Assembly (NCBI GenBank): GCA_963813025.1
Contig: CAWEXO010000013.1
Location: forward strand, 96,001 to 160,000
Origin: an uncultured Verrucomicrobiae bacterium
Lineage (GTDB): Bacteria > Verrucomicrobiota > Verrucomicrobiia > Chthoniobacterales > JAFAMB01
Direction: 5' to 3'
Length of the DNA: 64,000 bases
Shown piece by piece: positions 1 through 9,014 of this stretch. Position 1 is the first letter of the stretch; every line of letters begins with the position of its first letter. The notes beneath the pieces were generated by a model that was not told where the DNA came from, searched no databases, and saw only the letters and a list, made by a program, of their open reading frames with translations. The position numbers and the translations under genes are program-made.

Positions 1-1
1 G

Positions 2-127
2 CGCTCGACTCTGCTGATGCTCGTTGCGGCATTTGCCGGCCGGGAGTTTATCCTCGAGGCGTATCGGCAAGCGATCGGGGCGCGATACCGTTTCTTCAGT
101 TACGGCGATTGCATGTTGATCAGGTGA
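2..127 (+). CDS. queA: S-adenosylmethionine:tRNA ribosyltransferase-isomerase, 3' end (partial)
   Basis: Frame 2 reads [41 protein letters not shown], the QueA C-terminal [12 protein letters not shown] motif. Confidence 0.93.
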   Translation, partial: RSTLLMLVAAFAGREFILEAYRQAIGARYRFFSYGDCMLIR

Positions 128-149
128 GACTCCAGCTCGCGCCCAGTCA

Positions 150-626
150 CTAATCTCCTGGCTCGTAGTAGCCGGTCTCCGCCATGGTGAAAACCTTTTG
201 TTGCGGCTTAATGACCCATTTCCCCGTGTCAGGATAAGCGATGACATCGACCAGGCTGTGATCAGCAACGACAAAGTAGGTGAGCTCGCTTTTGCTGGTG
301 TTCAGAATCTGGTGCGCTTCTCCGGGCTTGAACATAATGCTCTGGCCCTCTTCAACGGCCGCCGTGTATTCGGCGCCCCGCACGCTGCCATGGCCTTTAA
401 TGAAAATGTACAACTCCCATTGGGCCGAGTGGGCATGAAATGGAAAGTTAGCCGCACCTGGAGGCAGGCGAAAATACTCGACGTCGAAGGGATGTCCACC
501 GCCCCAGGTGCCAACATCCTTTATCCCTCCTAGAGCCTGGGAAATCGATTGGCGCACGAGATCATACTTTCCGTGTGGCGATCGAACCTCTCGGCCGGGA
601 ATTTCCGAAAGCTTAGCAATTTTCAT
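150..626 (-). CDS. Cupin domain protein
   Basis: FHAHSAQWELY and PGEAHQILN cupin metal motifs, YPDTGK tail. Confidence 0.85.
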   Translation of the reverse strand: MKIAKLSEIPGREVRSPHGKYDLVRQSISQALGGIKDVGTWGGGHPFDVEYFRLPPGAANFPFHAHSAQWELYIFIKGHGSVRGAEYTAAVEEGQSIMFKPGEAHQILNTSKSELTYFVVADHSLVDVIAYPDTGKWVIKPQQKVFTMAETGYYEPGD

Positions 627-859
627 TTAACCTTGATTCTTTCGGCGCACTTTCGGCAGTCGGGATTGCGATAAACACGGATAGTTTTCATTGATAGATG
701 TTAGAGATCTTCATCCGGTCGGCAAAAAAGACGAAGACGAGCAAAGCGGTAAAACGATCGGCTTTCATGCGGCTTGTGTGCCTGGCTTGGCGCTCACCCT
801 TTGGTCATGGCGGGTTGCAACCCGTCCGAATCGAATTTCGGTGTTCAAGGACTTTAGTG

Positions 860-1345
860 TTACCGGCGTTTTATCCGGAAGAAGCGCTGCAACAAATCCC
901 GGCATTCCGCCTCGCGCACGCCGGCCGTAATTTCACAACGATGGTTCAGGGCCGGCATCTGCAATAAATTGATCACGCTTCCGGCTGCGCCGGCTTTGGG
1001 ATCTGCACAGCCGAAAATGACGCGGCGCAGCCTGGCATGGACAATCGCTCCGGCGCACATCGGGCAAGGTTCTTTGGTTATGTAGAGATCGCAATCGATT
1101 AAGCGCCAGTCATCGATCACGCTCTCGGCCTGGGTGATAGCCAGCATTTCCGCATGGGCGGTGGCGTCCCGCAAAGTCCCGACCTGGTTCCAGGCGCGAG
1201 CGATGATCGAGCCGGCGCGAACAATCACCGCGCCGACGGGCACTTCTTGCTGCTTTTCCGCCTTGCGAGCCTGGCGCAGAGCTTCACCGACAAAGTATTG
1301 ATCGCTCGAAAAATCGGGCAGCTCTTCCATCTTTAAGAGGTACAA
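860..1345 (-). CDS. tadA: tRNA adenosine(34) deaminase
   Basis: EVPVGAV, HAE and EPCPMC motifs. The start could be slightly downstream. Confidence 0.93.
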   Translation of the reverse strand: MYLLKMEELPDFSSDQYFVGEALRQARKAEKQQEVPVGAVIVRAGSIIARAWNQVGTLRDATAHAEMLAITQAESVIDDWRLIDCDLYITKEPCPMCAGAIVHARLRRVIFGCADPKAGAAGSVINLLQMPALNHRCEITAGVREAECRDLLQRFFRIKRR

Positions 1346-1357
1346 TATGGCGAAACG

Positions 1358-2017
1358 ATGAGCGCGAAACCAATCCTCGTAGCCGCCTCGGTCCTCTCCG
1401 CCGATTTTACGCAGCTAGGTCACGAATGCGCCCGGCTGGAGACGGCCGGAGCCGATTGGCTGCATCTCGACGTCATGGACGGTCATTTCGTCGATAATAT
1501 CTCCTTCGGGCAGCCGATCATTGAAGCGGTCAAAAAAATCGCCAACGTTCCGCTGGATGCCCATCTGATGATTGAAAGGCCGGATCATTTTTTCCCACGT
1601 TTTGTTGGGTTGGTTAACAATATCACGATCCACGTGGAGCCGTCCTACGATGTCGCGGGCACTTTACGGGGGATAAGAGCAGCCGGCTGCACGGCTGGCC
1701 TGGCCCTGAGCCCACCCACCTCGTTCGCGCACGTTGAACCATACCTCGACGCGATCGATCTGCTGTTGGTCATGACGGTTAATCCGGGCTTTGGCGGCCA
1801 GGCGTTTATTCCTGAGATGATGGCCAAGGTGCGGCAAGCCGTGGCAATCCGGACGGACCGCAACCTTCATTTTCATATCGAGGTCGATGGCGGAATCCAT
1901 CCGGGTACTGCTGAGGTGGCGCGAGCGGCCGGCGCAAATGTCTTGGTCGCCGGGACAGGAGCCTTTAAGGCACGCGAGGCGGCCGTAGCGATTCAGGAGT
2001 TGCGGGGCGCGGCTTGA
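1358..2017 (+). CDS. rpe: Ribulose-phosphate 3-epimerase
   Basis: HLDVMDGHFV, MTVNPGFGGQ and EVDGG motifs. Confidence 0.96.
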   Translation: MSAKPILVAASVLSADFTQLGHECARLETAGADWLHLDVMDGHFVDNISFGQPIIEAVKKIANVPLDAHLMIERPDHFFPRFVGLVNNITIHVEPSYDVAGTLRGIRAAGCTAGLALSPPTSFAHVEPYLDAIDLLLVMTVNPGFGGQAFIPEMMAKVRQAVAIRTDRNLHFHIEVDGGIHPGTAEVARAAGANVLVAGTGAFKAREAAVAIQELRGAA

Positions 2018-2019
2018 GA

Positions 2020-2448
2020 ATGCGGATGTTTTCCGACGATGTTTTGTCAAGGACGGGTGGATTATTCGGGGTATTTCTGATGCTGACTGCCCTGGTCTGG
2101 GGTGGGGTCGTGCCGAGTCACGTTGCAGCGCAGGAAAGCCGGATTCAGAACCGCTTTTTTATTTCCTCTCGCGCTTACCATCATATCGTCGACCGGCACT
2201 GGCCCGACAGCCCTGCACCTGGCGCCGGGAAATTCCTACCGGGAATTAGCCGGAAGGAGCTCTACGCGCTCATCGACGAAGCAACGGCAAATGCCGAGCC
2301 CCGGCTGAACACCAACGGACGGCCCGGCGAGATCTACGAGTATGATTTCCGACGGGTCATCGGCCGCGATATTCGCGGTAATCCGGCCAGTCGTCTGCGG
2401 GTTGTCGTTGGTTCGCGCAATCAAGTGATCACGGCTTTCCCGTTTTAG
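2020..2448 (+). CDS. Secreted small protein resembling a polymorphic-toxin C-terminal nuclease domain
   Basis: Hydrophobic N-terminus ending VAA|QE. The mature part has HIVDRH...GKF...YDFRRVIG.D..G.P...VITAFP. Start uncertain (2014-2026). Confidence 0.6.
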   Translation: MRMFSDDVLSRTGGLFGVFLMLTALVWGGVVPSHVAAQESRIQNRFFISSRAYHHIVDRHWPDSPAPGAGKFLPGISRKELYALIDEATANAEPRLNTNGRPGEIYEYDFRRVIGRDIRGNPASRLRVVVGSRNQVITAFPF

Positions 2449-2500
2449 AAAACATGATGGTTGCCTCACGCGAACCAGCAGCCAACCGGCGGAGCAGTCC

Positions 2501-2942
2501 ATGAAATTGAGCTATCGACTGAACGAAGAGCGGTCCGAGCAGGCGTCGAATATGAGACACGCGGAGGAGGACGAATTTCGCTATGATTTCGCGCTCGGCG
2601 ATTTGCTCCTGGAAGGGTCAGGAACGGATCTCAGTGCCCGGTGGGGTTGGGTACCGCTTCTCGATTTTTTTCTCGTGCCAAACAATCACCCAAGCGTTGG
2701 GGACCGGTAACCCCCGGCAGCGTTTTGAGTTTACGGAATCCGATGCCGTCATTGATTTTCAAATGAAGGGCGGGGAAATCGTGATTTCGGCTTCGTACGC
2801 TCCGGGTGAGATCAGATCTGGACTGGCTGAGTTTCAGCGTCACGTCACCAGATTCGGACAACGTCTTACGAGAGATCTTTTGGCGAAATACCCGGAGCTC
2901 GCCGAGAACGAGTGGTTCAAGACACGGGTGCTGGATCGATAG
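2501..2942 (+). CDS. Putative immunity-like protein, split by one frameshift at the T7 run 2665-2671
   Basis: ORFs 2501..2710 and 2583..2942 join if one T is removed (WGWVPLLDFF-SCQTITQAL...FEFTESDAVIDF). GGAG lies upstream of the ATG and the gene directly follows the toxin-like gene. Confidence 0.55.
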
Positions 2943-2959
2943 AGCGGCTTGAGGGGGCC

Positions 2960-3000
2960 TGAGCAGCATGAGCAGCATGAGCAGCTTGAGCGGCTCGAGC
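2960..3000. repeat. Degenerate 9-bp tandem repeat (GAGCAGCAT)n
   Basis: gagcagcat gagcagcat gagcagctt gagcggctc gagc. Confidence 0.7.
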
Positions 3001-3156
3001 GACCTGAATCGTCGCGCCGGTCCTCGTTGAAGGCGAACTGGCGACAATCTGTGGCGTAGTCGGGAGCTCATTCCCACGCCAATCGCCCGGTGGCGTACTA
3101 CAGATTACCCAAAGTCCGACAGACCCGGGAAGCCTGTACCACTTCTTCCGAAATGA

Positions 3157-3176
3157 GACGGGCATCTTCGCCCGTC
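3157..3176. repeat. REP-like hairpin GACGGGC-atcttc-GCCCGTC
   Basis: Perfect 7-bp stem. It is the partner of the REP interrupted by the IS110 element. Confidence 0.65.
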
Positions 3177-3235
3177 AAAAAAACCTGAGAAGCTGGAAGA
3201 CGTTCTATGGGTTTTCAAGGGGGATTTTGCGCAAA

Positions 3236-4519
3236 TTAATTGCAATTAATTTCTTGGAATCGGAGGACCCAGGAACCGTGTTTGACTTGATTGCGGTGGT
3301 GTAACTCTGGGTTGTACGGTGTTGCGATCTAGCCACATTTTATGGATGATTTTAAGCCAGCGTTGTCCCAGAGCAGCGTAAGGCGTCTGGCATGGGAATG
3401 GTCTTTCGCGCGGTGGGCTTTGTAGTAGATCTGGGCCCAGGCACAGCGCCTAAGACTTTGTTCGGCAAAACAGATGGACGGCGTGACGGAGGTATTGTCA
3501 CAAGCCCAGCGCTGATGGCACTCCCAATGTCTGCCGGAGCGTTTGGTCACTGGTGCAGTGCCTGCGAAGCACTGGAGGTTTTGGGCATCCGCCCTCGAAG
3601 CGTTCCCGATCATCGCCAATCTCGGCTAACAAGCGCGGAGCGAGCTTAGGGCCCAGCGCCAGGTAAGGAGCCGAACAGGTCATGATCGGGATGGGACTGG
3701 AAAAGTTCTTCGATCCGTTTGCGGTACAGTCCAAGCTGGTTTTCAACGGCAAAAAGCATTTCCACCAGACTAAGGGTCAACATGCTTTTGGCGTTAGTCG
3801 GTCGGTTCGCTGCCACAGAACTCGGTGGCTTTGGCAAAGAGTTCCATCCGGCGTGGGCCGCTTTCGTTGCGCCAAAGATGCCGACTATGCAGGAACTTTT
3901 CCCACTGCCGCTTGCCGGCCTTTTCCAGAAGCTGAGGCGTGGGGAAACGCTGCAAAAACATCCAGGCTGAAGGTCGCACTCCAGTCTTCGAAGGCTTCCA
4001 AAGCGTCGGATAGTACTCTGCCAAGGCATGGCGCAACTGATTGATAAAGGCGGTGCGCTGTTCAATGAGCCCGACCTCATCGCGGCAGAGTAGCCGGAGC
4101 TCTTTGATCAGAGGATCCTCCGGACGAAGTGGCTTCCAGTTCTGACCGTCCAGACGCAAGGCGTCGGCAAAACTCCAGGCATCGAGTCGGTCGTCTTTGA
4201 CCCCGCTGGGCGCCTTGCGTTGTCGGTAGGCTTGAGCGCTCTTGGGGTTAAGTGGATAAACCTGCATCCCGGCTTCCAACAGTTGCTCCACGGCCGGCCC
4301 TTGGCTGGTCTCGATCGCAAAAGGAATCGAGCCGTAGGGCTTGATCCGTTCACGGAATTTCTTCCAGCCTAAAGCCGAGTGTTCGATCTCGAAGTCTTCG
4401 ACCACCTTACCTTGGGGGTCGACGACGACGACGGAGTGTTTTTGACTGGCCCAATCTAGTCCACCAAAACCACGGTTTTCTAGCCAACTGCCTGATTCTT
4501 GACTTGGGGGATTATTCAT
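3236..4519 (-). pseudogene. IS110-family transposase with several frameshifts (real decay or assembly error)
   Basis: GLDWASQKH, AIET, KDDRLDA, SLPGAGPKLAPRLLAEIG and AGTAPVTKRSG motifs spread over ORFs 3794..4714, 3646..4080, 3498..3752 and 3329..3619. Confidence 0.88.
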
Positions 4520-4539
4520 CGCTGTAAATGGCCTTTTTT

Positions 4540-4796
4540 TCTGTTGTCGTCGCTTTGCCCTGCCATCCATCGAGCTGATATAGTGGCCTTCTTGAGGCTT
4601 CGTTCTATTAGATGTTGCGGCAAGGGCCTCCGGCTCGCCCGGTAGTCTATTTCCAATCCTCTTGGGGTTAGCAGGCTGACCGTGATCGAGCCGAGGCAGG
4701 ACGTCCGCCGACAATATTTTCGCCCGCGGCGGAGTTATTCACAACCTCGCTTCGCCTGGCTTGGGCGGCCGCTTCGCTCGGTCATGAATAACTCCG
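4540..4796 (-). ncRNA. Predicted IS110 bridge-RNA-like noncoding RNA (element A)
   Basis: Has a 5' 67-nt hairpin and a stem 4626-4637/4687-4697 with an internal loop. A second loop carries ATAGAACG and ATATCAG, which match the donor junction. Boundaries approximate. Confidence 0.65.
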
Positions 4797-4815
4797 AAAC
4801 TGATATCAGCTTGTC

Positions 4816-5924
4816 CTAAGAGATGACCTTCTCCGGATTGAGACTAGTCAAATCATCCGGCACAAAGAGGCCGTCCTTCCGCACCAGCTTGTCGATCGAA
4901 ATAGATTTCGCCTCCGCCGTATTCCGGACGCTGGATACAGACCAAGTCCCAATGAACCTGACTGCGGTTGCCGTTGTCAGCCCGTTCGTACGCTTGTCCC
5001 GGAGTAAAATGGAAGGAGCCGGCAATCTTTTCGTCGAACAGAATGTCTCGCATTGGCTCCCGGATATAGGGATTAAAGCCAAGAGCGAATTCGCCGATGT
5101 ACCGAGCGCCTTCGTCTGAATCCAGAATCGCGTTGAGTCCTTTGTGATTATTTGCGTGGCCTCGATCATTTGCCGTTTTTGAAAGCAAGGCGAACGGAAT
5201 CAAAGGCCGTTCCCTGGTAGACCGTTGGCGCATTGAACTGAATGTGACCTTTAACAGAATCTCGAACCGGCGAGGAAAAAACCTCGCCATCGGGAATATT
5301 GGCCGGCCGCCGCACACGATCGCAGGAATGCCTTTAATGCTGAAGCGAAGATCGGTTCCCGGTCCGATGATTTGGACTTGATCCGTTTTCCATCAAGTTT
5401 TGAGAGCCTCCATGCCGGGATCCATCTTGGAGTAATCGAGTGTGCAAACCTTGAAATACAAATCTTCAAAGGCCTCGGTGCTCATCCCGGCCATTTGCGC
5501 CATCGCCGGCGTCGGCCATCGCAACACGACCCATTTCGTTTTGTTAACCCGATGGTCAACCGCCGGTTGAATCAATTTCATCGCCGAAGCATAATTTCGG
5601 AAGGCACATCCGAAAATTCGGTAATGTTATGGCTGCCCCGGAATCGCGACATACGCATCCATCAAAGCCATTCGGCTTAATTCGTACTCAGCCGTCGTTT
5701 GAAACTGCGCTTCTGGCAGCTCTACGGAGCAGTTCGCGATTGACGATGCCCGACTGCAAATTGACGAAAGGATGCGCTCCTCTTTCGCGCGAAGCGCGCA
5801 CTAGCGCAATAACCATTTCCGGAGGAACATCGAACGCGTCGATCAACACTCGTTCGCCTTTCTGAAGATGGGTAGAAAAACCCGTCAGGACCTCGGCAAG
5901 CTTCGTAAAACGCGGATCAAACAT
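4816..5924 (-). CDS. Aminopeptidase, M29 (AmpS/AmpT) family, with frameshifts
   Basis: [13 protein letters not shown]..., [36 protein letters not shown] and SQVHWDLV across several frames. Confidence 0.88.
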
Positions 5925-5980
5925 AATAGAAATTAGGGATAATCCAGGAACCCGGCATTGCAACTTTGGCAAAGCCGGTC

Positions 5981-6805
5981 CTATTCGCCCCGATACATCT
6001 TTTCCCCGGCGGTTACCCGGAGATCGAGGCGATTCTCTCGAGGCGCGAGCGGGCAGGTAGCATACGGGGTGAACGCGCAAGGCGGGTTGCGAGCCAGGTT
6101 GAAATCCAGGGCGATCATGCCCTCTCTGGGTAAAGGGGCGTCAAGGTAGCGCCCCGCGCCGTAAGTTTCCTTCCCATTGGTGAGATCGGCGAACATAAAA
6201 AAGAGAGACTCAGATGACTCTTGAACAGGGAACAGCTCGCAAGTGCGGCCCTCGCGCTGAAAAACGGCTTTGCCAGGGATCTTTTGTTTCTCCAGTGTTC
6301 CGATCGCCGAAAGAATTTCGATTTCCAGCGGTTCGCGAAAAGGTTGCCAATGTCCTTCGACCAACCAGGATTGATCGATCGGAAAATACTCGAGTCCCCG
6401 AAAGCCAACGCGATCTGCGGCCTGAGAATCTTCGACCCGGATCCCTTTCCTCCCGGCCCGCTCAATGGCGAATAAGCGGGTGGAGCCAAAAGACACTTCG
6501 GTCGCCTCGGGATGCGTATCGTCCAGCAATGCCGCCTCGAGCAGAGGTTTGCCGTCGATCAAAGCATTGGCTTCCGGCCGAAGAACGATATGAAGCGAAC
6601 CGTCGTCGGCCTGGGTAATAGAGCCCAGGCGCGGAGGTCCCACGCTTAATCTCACATTATTATCTGTGGCGGAACCGATCGTATTTTGACCAAGTTTCAA
6701 CCATTCGAGGCCAACCAGGCTGAGCCAGCCACCCGGTGCTTTAAGCTCGGCCAGCCGTTCCGACCGAAGTTGATTGATCCGATCGTTAAAATTGAAATCC
6801 ATCAT
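5981..6805 (-). CDS. DUF1684-like protein
   Basis: [28 protein letters not shown] and [20 protein letters not shown] motifs. Confidence 0.85.
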   Translation of the reverse strand: MMDFNFNDRINQLRSERLAELKAPGGWLSLVGLEWLKLGQNTIGSATDNNVRLSVGPPRLGSITQADDGSLHIVLRPEANALIDGKPLLEAALLDDTHPEATEVSFGSTRLFAIERAGRKGIRVEDSQAADRVGFRGLEYFPIDQSWLVEGHWQPFREPLEIEILSAIGTLEKQKIPGKAVFQREGRTCELFPVQESSESLFFMFADLTNGKETYGAGRYLDAPLPREGMIALDFNLARNPPCAFTPYATCPLAPRENRLDLRVTAGEKMYRGE

Positions 6806-6906
6806 TTTAAACTCAATCTCTCGCCGAACGCACAATTCGACAACTAGGAGCGGGAAGATAAGATCGAATGAAAACAGGCGATAAATGATTGGCGGCAAGG
6901 CTTCAC

Positions 6907-7377
6907 ATGAAAAAGTTGATCGCTCGATCTGAAATTCCAGCGCTGCGTAAACGGTATGCGGGAGGCAGCCTGGTTTTTACGAACGGCTGCTTTGACTTTC
7001 TGCACGTCGGTCACGTCCGATATCTGGCCGCCGCCCGGGAACTAGGGGACGCGTTGGTCGTGGGAGTGAATAGCGACGATTCAGTTCGACAGATCAAAGG
7101 GCCGAATCGTCCACTCAGCGATGAGAACGATCGCGCCGAAGTATTGGCCGGACTCGCTGCCGTGGATCATGTCGTTATTTTCAACGAACCGCGGGTAACG
7201 GCCTTGCTCCGCGAGCTTCGTCCCGAAGTTTACGTCAAAGGTGGAGACTACCGGATAGACACTTTGGATCACGAAGAGGTTCTCGTTTTGCGGGAGCTGG
7301 GCGCTCGCATCGAGCTTTTGCCTTTGGTCGCCGGTAAATCAACAACAGCGTTGATCGAGGCGATTCGACAACTATGA
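6907..7377 (+). CDS. rfaE2: D-glycero-beta-D-manno-heptose 1-phosphate adenylyltransferase (RfaE domain II)
   Basis: FTNGCFDFLHVGH, NSDDSV..KGPNRP, KGGDY and STT motifs. Confidence 0.92.
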   Translation: MKKLIARSEIPALRKRYAGGSLVFTNGCFDFLHVGHVRYLAAARELGDALVVGVNSDDSVRQIKGPNRPLSDENDRAEVLAGLAAVDHVVIFNEPRVTALLRELRPEVYVKGGDYRIDTLDHEEVLVLRELGARIELLPLVAGKSTTALIEAIRQL

Positions 7378-7970
7378 AACAAGTGCTGCGTCTGGGTATT
7401 CTCGGCTCGGGAAAAGGTTCCAATTTCCGGGCAATAATGAAACACATTCTGGACGGCAGGCTTTCCGCCCAATGCCGCCTGCTCATTTCGGATGTGAAAG
7501 ACTCCGGCATCCTGGGATTCGCGCGCGACTACCAGGTGCCGTCACTCTATGTAAAACCGGGACGGTTTCGCACAAAACTAGAGCCGGAGGTAGAGGCTGA
7601 CATTGTGCGCCTCCTGCAGGCCGAAGGAGTCGATCTGGTGGTCCTGGCCGGTTTTATGCGCGTGGTAAAAGAGCCACTTCTCCGAGCTTACCCACGGCGC
7701 ATGATCAATATCCATCCCTCGCTCCTTCCAAAATACCCGGGCCGAGAAGCTTGGAGACAAGCTCTCGCGGCCGGAGAATCAATCACCGGATGTACCGTGC
7801 ATTATGTGACGGAGAAGGTTGATGCCGGGGAAATCATCGCGCAACGAGAGGTACCTATCCATCCGGACGACACTCCGGAAACTTTGCATGCCAGGATCCA
7901 GGAGGCGGAGCACGAGCTACTGCCGGCGGTGATTGCCGAACTTGGCGGGTCGATTGGAGGAACGGGTTGA
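7374..7970 (+). CDS. purN: Phosphoribosylglycinamide formyltransferase
   Basis: SGKGSN, LAGFMR, NIHPSLLP and GCTVHYV..VDAG motifs. Confidence 0.95.
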   Translation: MKQVLRLGILGSGKGSNFRAIMKHILDGRLSAQCRLLISDVKDSGILGFARDYQVPSLYVKPGRFRTKLEPEVEADIVRLLQAEGVDLVVLAGFMRVVKEPLLRAYPRRMINIHPSLLPKYPGREAWRQALAAGESITGCTVHYVTEKVDAGEIIAQREVPIHPDDTPETLHARIQEAEHELLPAVIAELGGSIGGTG

Positions 7971-8198
7971 GAGGTCGCACCTGTTGCGGGCGACGGCGCA
8001 CCAGGATGTAGGAGCTGCAATCTAGGATTTAGGAGTGGATCCCGCATTTCGCATGCACCTGGATTGTTGGAACGCTGGTACCGATAGCATCTACTAGATC
8101 CTATATTCTACATTCTAGCTCCTCAATCCGTCGCGCGGTCCAAGACACTCCGGCTAAACAGCAGCACTTGCCTTTTTCAGACTAGCCATTCAATCTAA

Positions 8199-8543
<345 letters not shown>

Positions 8544-8942
8544 CTAGATCTGGATGACCGGCACGGGATAACGCAGGATCAATTGGCCATCGAGGAGAAT
8601 CTCCACGTGGTGCAATCCGAACTGACGAAACTGGACACCGGTAAACACGTTCACGTTCGTGACGTGACCTTCCAGTTCTTTCAACTCAAAGTCGATTTCT
8701 GAAGCTGCTAAGGTCTCTTCCTCGTCGAGTCCCAATACACGGGAGCCCTGCCGAAACTGCCCAACTCCTCCGCACCACCGGGTCCAAACACACAGTTTAA
8801 AAAGCGACCAAGGCAGCGTGCGGGTTGGAATCACCGTGAGGATACCGACGAGTGTCTGCATCCCGTTCACCTCCTGTCGAACATCTTCACAAAGGACCGA
8901 GGCTTGAAGATCGGGAAGGACAGTTGGCGGTTCGAGCGGCAA
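8544..8942 (-). CDS. Hypothetical protein (DUF6941-like, LCEDVRQE..G motif)
   Basis: 132-aa ORF downstream of gatA with a beta-rich pattern. Confidence 0.65.
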   Translation of the reverse strand: MPLEPPTVLPDLQASVLCEDVRQEVNGMQTLVGILTVIPTRTLPWSLFKLCVWTRWCGGVGQFRQGSRVLGLDEEETLAASEIDFELKELEGHVTNVNVFTGVQFRQFGLHHVEILLDGQLILRYPVPVIQI

Positions 8943-9014
8943 GGAATCCTCAGTTAAAAACCTGTTTTAATATAAATGAATTTCAAAGCCGTTTTGAACC
9001 CTTCTGTCCGCAGG

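Larger units (their letters stand above)
3198..4809 (-). mobile_element. IS110-family insertion sequence (element A), CT core at both junctions
   Basis: Contains a DEDD/Tnp20-type transposase. CT occurs on the minus strand at 4809-4808 and 3199-3198. Removing the element restores the REP hairpin GACAAGC-TTCCA-GCTTCTC. Confidence 0.8.

Noticed and set aside
2665..2671. Phase variation at the T7 tract of the immunity-like gene
   Set aside because: The tract is short and homopolymer errors are common in this assembly. It cannot be distinguished from error without reads.
4520..4714. 65-aa N-terminal extension of the element A transposase
   Set aside because: It has a non-ATG start and overlaps the structured noncoding region. 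Homology to IS110 proteins begins after the ATG at 4519.
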